Shown here piece by piece: positions 61,259 to 64,000 of a stretch of DNA of 64,000 nt; the first letter of the stretch is position 1; each line of letters opens with the position of its first letter. The DNA is taken from contig OZ249446.1 in the NCBI GenBank assembly GCA_965235115.1, forward strand, positions 2,356,001-2,420,000. Direction: 5' to 3'. A program made the position numbers and the translations under genes. Source of the DNA: Laetmonice hystrix (lineage: Eukaryota). The notes under the pieces were generated by a model. It worked only from the letters and a program-made list of their open reading frames with translations, was not told the DNA's origin and did not search any database.

Positions 61259-62049
61259 ATGCCTAATCTCCACTACGCGAAGGTACCCCCCCGAAGGTGG
61301 TCCCGAAGTGCTTGCGAAGTACCTTCGGGACCACCTTCGGGAGGAACATCGGGAGATACCTTCGCGTAGTGGAGCATACCCTGGGGTGCGGGACTTCAGC
61401 GCGAAGGTCATTTCTACAGCTCCCGAAGGTAGCAAAAGTGAGATCAAAAGTTTTTGATATTTTGCGCTCGCGAAGCCTCCACGTTCCCGAAGGTCAGGTC
61501 AGCTGATCATCACGTGATCATTGATTCGCCATACGAAACAGCTCGCGGCGTGTGACCACGTGGGCACGCGGACCAGGAAGCATTCCAACATGGCGCGTGG
61601 AGGTAATAAGTAGCCTATATAACTGCATGCTCTTTCAGTTGTGACACTTACTTTCTTGTTTTTTTTTGGTATAACTTCTCTTATCTTTCTCATATTTTTT
61701 GTGTTTTTTGTTTGTTTTCATCTGTAAATCCTCCTTCATGTCATTTTCCTCAGAAGGTAGATCTCCACCTCGTCATCGTTTATTATTTCGGAAAATGCCG
61801 GGGTTGGAATGCCAAACGAATGCGCTATGTCCGCCATGATGGATTTTGACAAACGCTGTCCACAAACCGCCATCGACTTCGGTACTACCTTCGGGAACCA
61901 TCTTCGCAAACACCGCGTTTGCAGTGGATCATAGGGGCAAAATTTTACTGTCGCGAAGTGCCGTTTCGGGGCGTTCCCGAAGTCCCGCTCCCGAAGTACT
62001 TCGGCAGCGGGACTTCGGGAGCTGCTTTCTCATAGTGGAGCATAGGCAT
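61259..62049. mobile_element. Non-autonomous TIR element in the ADH intron with internal hairpins
   Basis: Termini ATGCCTAATCTCCACTAC / ATAGTGGAGCATAGGCAT flanked by TA; many CCGAAG / CTTCGG submotifs. Confidence 0.65.
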
Positions 62050-62180
62050 TAGTATGGGACGTTTGGGACTGCAAACAGGGGACAATGTCTTCAGGAGCAA
62101 TGCCAGGGGTCTTCAGCCATGGATGACCTTTTAGTTCAAAGATCAAAGGAATGGGGGTGTCACATCGAAAACTGACCCCC

Positions 62181-62656
62181 GTGGTAAATTGACCCTCGGG
62201 TCACTTTTCCACAGTGAAAAAGTGACCCTCCCTGTGGTGATCTGACCATCAAGAAAAAGTTAAGACATTTCTTGTTCTGTTTATTTTTTATATTTATGGA
62301 AAGGATACAAAAGGATGTTTTTGTTCACATGTCGTACTCAATTTGTCAATCTGCGCAATTTGCAAAAACTGTTAAATCAAATAGACCTAACCCTAAACTT
62401 ACCTTCACCCTAACCGAGGGGCGTATAGGTAGCACCCGTATCTGCTGGTTTGCCCTTTTAAACTTGCGCAAGTCGCGAAAGTGAGTACTGCTAAACAGGT
62501 GTCAAAACTGTTGAAAAATACCAAGAAGCAGGAAAATGACGATAGATTACGTAAAGACGTTATGCCTAATATCTATGTTATACAACCTGGTTCATTTTTC
62601 CACAGGGGAGGTCACTTTTCCACTGTGGTAAAGTGACCCGGAGGTCGATTTACCAC
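62181..62656. mobile_element. TIR element with inverted repeats of about 57 bp, unclassified
   Basis: GTGGTAAATTGACCCTCGGGTCACTTTTCCACAGTG.. at 62181-62237 and its reverse complement at 62601-62656. Confidence 0.65.
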
Positions 62657-62748
62657 ATCCCACCGGCCCAGGCCTGTCGTCTTTGTAACCTTGAATCCAC
62701 AACTGGTGACTAGAGCCCTCACTCTAAAACTGATCGCCTTTCCTTGAA

Positions 62749-63278
62749 AGGGGCATATTATGAGGAAACGTGAAAAATCGGTATTTCAAAGAACTTTTGC
62801 TGTTTTCATAAAGAGATCCTTCATTAATATTGCTTGGTAAACAAAGACAGACTTATCAGTTTCATTTTGTGTGAGAAATCGAAGTTTATGAAGCTTCCTT
62901 GCCCGCTTTTCTGCCGATTTCGTAAAATATTTTTTAGGTGGCATTCTGATGCCGGACGATCGAGTGCAACTGCTGAATTGTTTACAACTAAGCGAAGCAC
63001 GTGACTAAGCACATGCAGAGAGTGCACACGCAGGATGTGACACAGTATGCAATTACATGGGTTGATGGGAGGTTGTCTATGGCAAATTATGGCGGGAGAT
63101 GTGCTATCGGGAGAAATCTATAGGTTTGGTCGTATAGAACCTACTTGTGCTGCATACGCAGCGAAAACACGTCGGAGGACAAAATGCTGTGGTAGGATTA
63201 TTTACTTGGATCCCTAGTACACGGTCATGTTGGGTTTTTGCCGGAGATCCTCCAAAACGTGTTTTATAGCATGCCCCT
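62749..63278. mobile_element. Non-autonomous Kolobok-type element, different family from 2664/16746
   Basis: TIR AGGGGCAT / ATGCCCCT; right flank TTAA, left flank TGAA (one mismatch). Confidence 0.6.
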
Positions 63279-63434
63279 TTAATCTATAATATACATTTCC
63301 TGATTTAAACCCTCGTGGACTGATTTTCCTTGTGACCTGTTCTACAATTGTAGATCTTGGTGTCTACCCACGATTGTAGAGTCTATAGAAAAGTACCGGG
63401 TTTATGTATGGCTAATTCTTGAAACCAACTATAT

Positions 63435-64000
63435 TTTGTTGCCACCTGCCGCAGGGTGCCAGGAATGTGACCTGTGTGTTTTGTTGCATGTTGCCACCTG
63501 TCGCAGGGTGCCAGGAATGTGACCTGTGTGTTTTGTTGCATGTTGCCACCTGCCACAGGGTGCCAGGAATGTGACCTGTGTGTTTTGTTGCATGTTGCCA
63601 CCTGCCACAGGGTGCCAGGAATGTGACCTGTGTGTTTTGCTGCATGTTGCCACCTGTCACAGGGTGCCAGGAATGTGACCTGTGTGTTTTGTTGCATGTT
63701 GCCACCTGCCACAGGGTGCCAGGAATGTGACCTGTGTGTTTTGTTGCATGTTTCCACCTGCCACGGGGTGCCAGGAATGTGACCTGTGTGTTTTGTTGCA
63801 TGTTGCCACCTGTCGCAGGGTGCCAGGAATTCGACCTGTGTGTTTTGTTGCATGTTGCCACCTGTCGCAGGGTGCCGGGAATGTGACCTGTGTGTTTTGT
63901 TGCATGTTGCCACCTGTCGCAGGGTGCCAGGAATGTGACCCGTGTGTTTTGTTGCATGTTGCCACCTGTCGCAGGGTGCCAGGAATGTGACCTGTGTGTT
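63435..64000. repeat. 52-bp minisatellite built from the ADH exon-3 acceptor plus exon start, at least 11 copies
   Basis: Unit GTGTTTTGTTGCATGTTGCCACCTGTCGCAG|GGTGCCAGGAATGTGACCTGT; runs off the window end. Confidence 0.95.

Noticed and set aside
128-64000. Regular repeat arrays resembling CRISPR
   Set aside because: Units are head-to-tail with no unique spacers, there are no cas genes, and the context is eukaryotic and intronic.

Overview
Eukaryotic (animal) genomic DNA, intron-rich and full of minisatellites and small non-autonomous DNA transposons. A marine invertebrate, probably lophotrochozoan, is inferred from a Deu/Nin-type SINE and a long-rod IF gene. No rRNA, intact tRNA or CRISPR array is visible. 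Genes were assembled by hand from splice sites with consistent phases: SNF8 (ESCRT-II, minus strand, 8 exons, complete); a 19-exon patched-domain/sterol-sensing RND membrane protein (plus strand, about 1186 aa) with low-complexity termini; a small secreted C-type-lectin-like orphan (plus strand, 3 exons); a divergent lamin-like intermediate filament gene with no visible Ig-fold or CaaX (minus strand); the 5' part of a zinc-dependent MDR alcohol dehydrogenase (plus strand, runs off the right end); and a tentative minus-strand gene running off the left end. The most striking pattern is that several minisatellites are tandem amplifications of exon-intron junctions. They leave 9 to about 29 decoy copies of a splice site beside the real one, including a GC donor and the start of the ADH zinc-motif exon. 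Most long ORFs in the supplied track are repeat artefacts.
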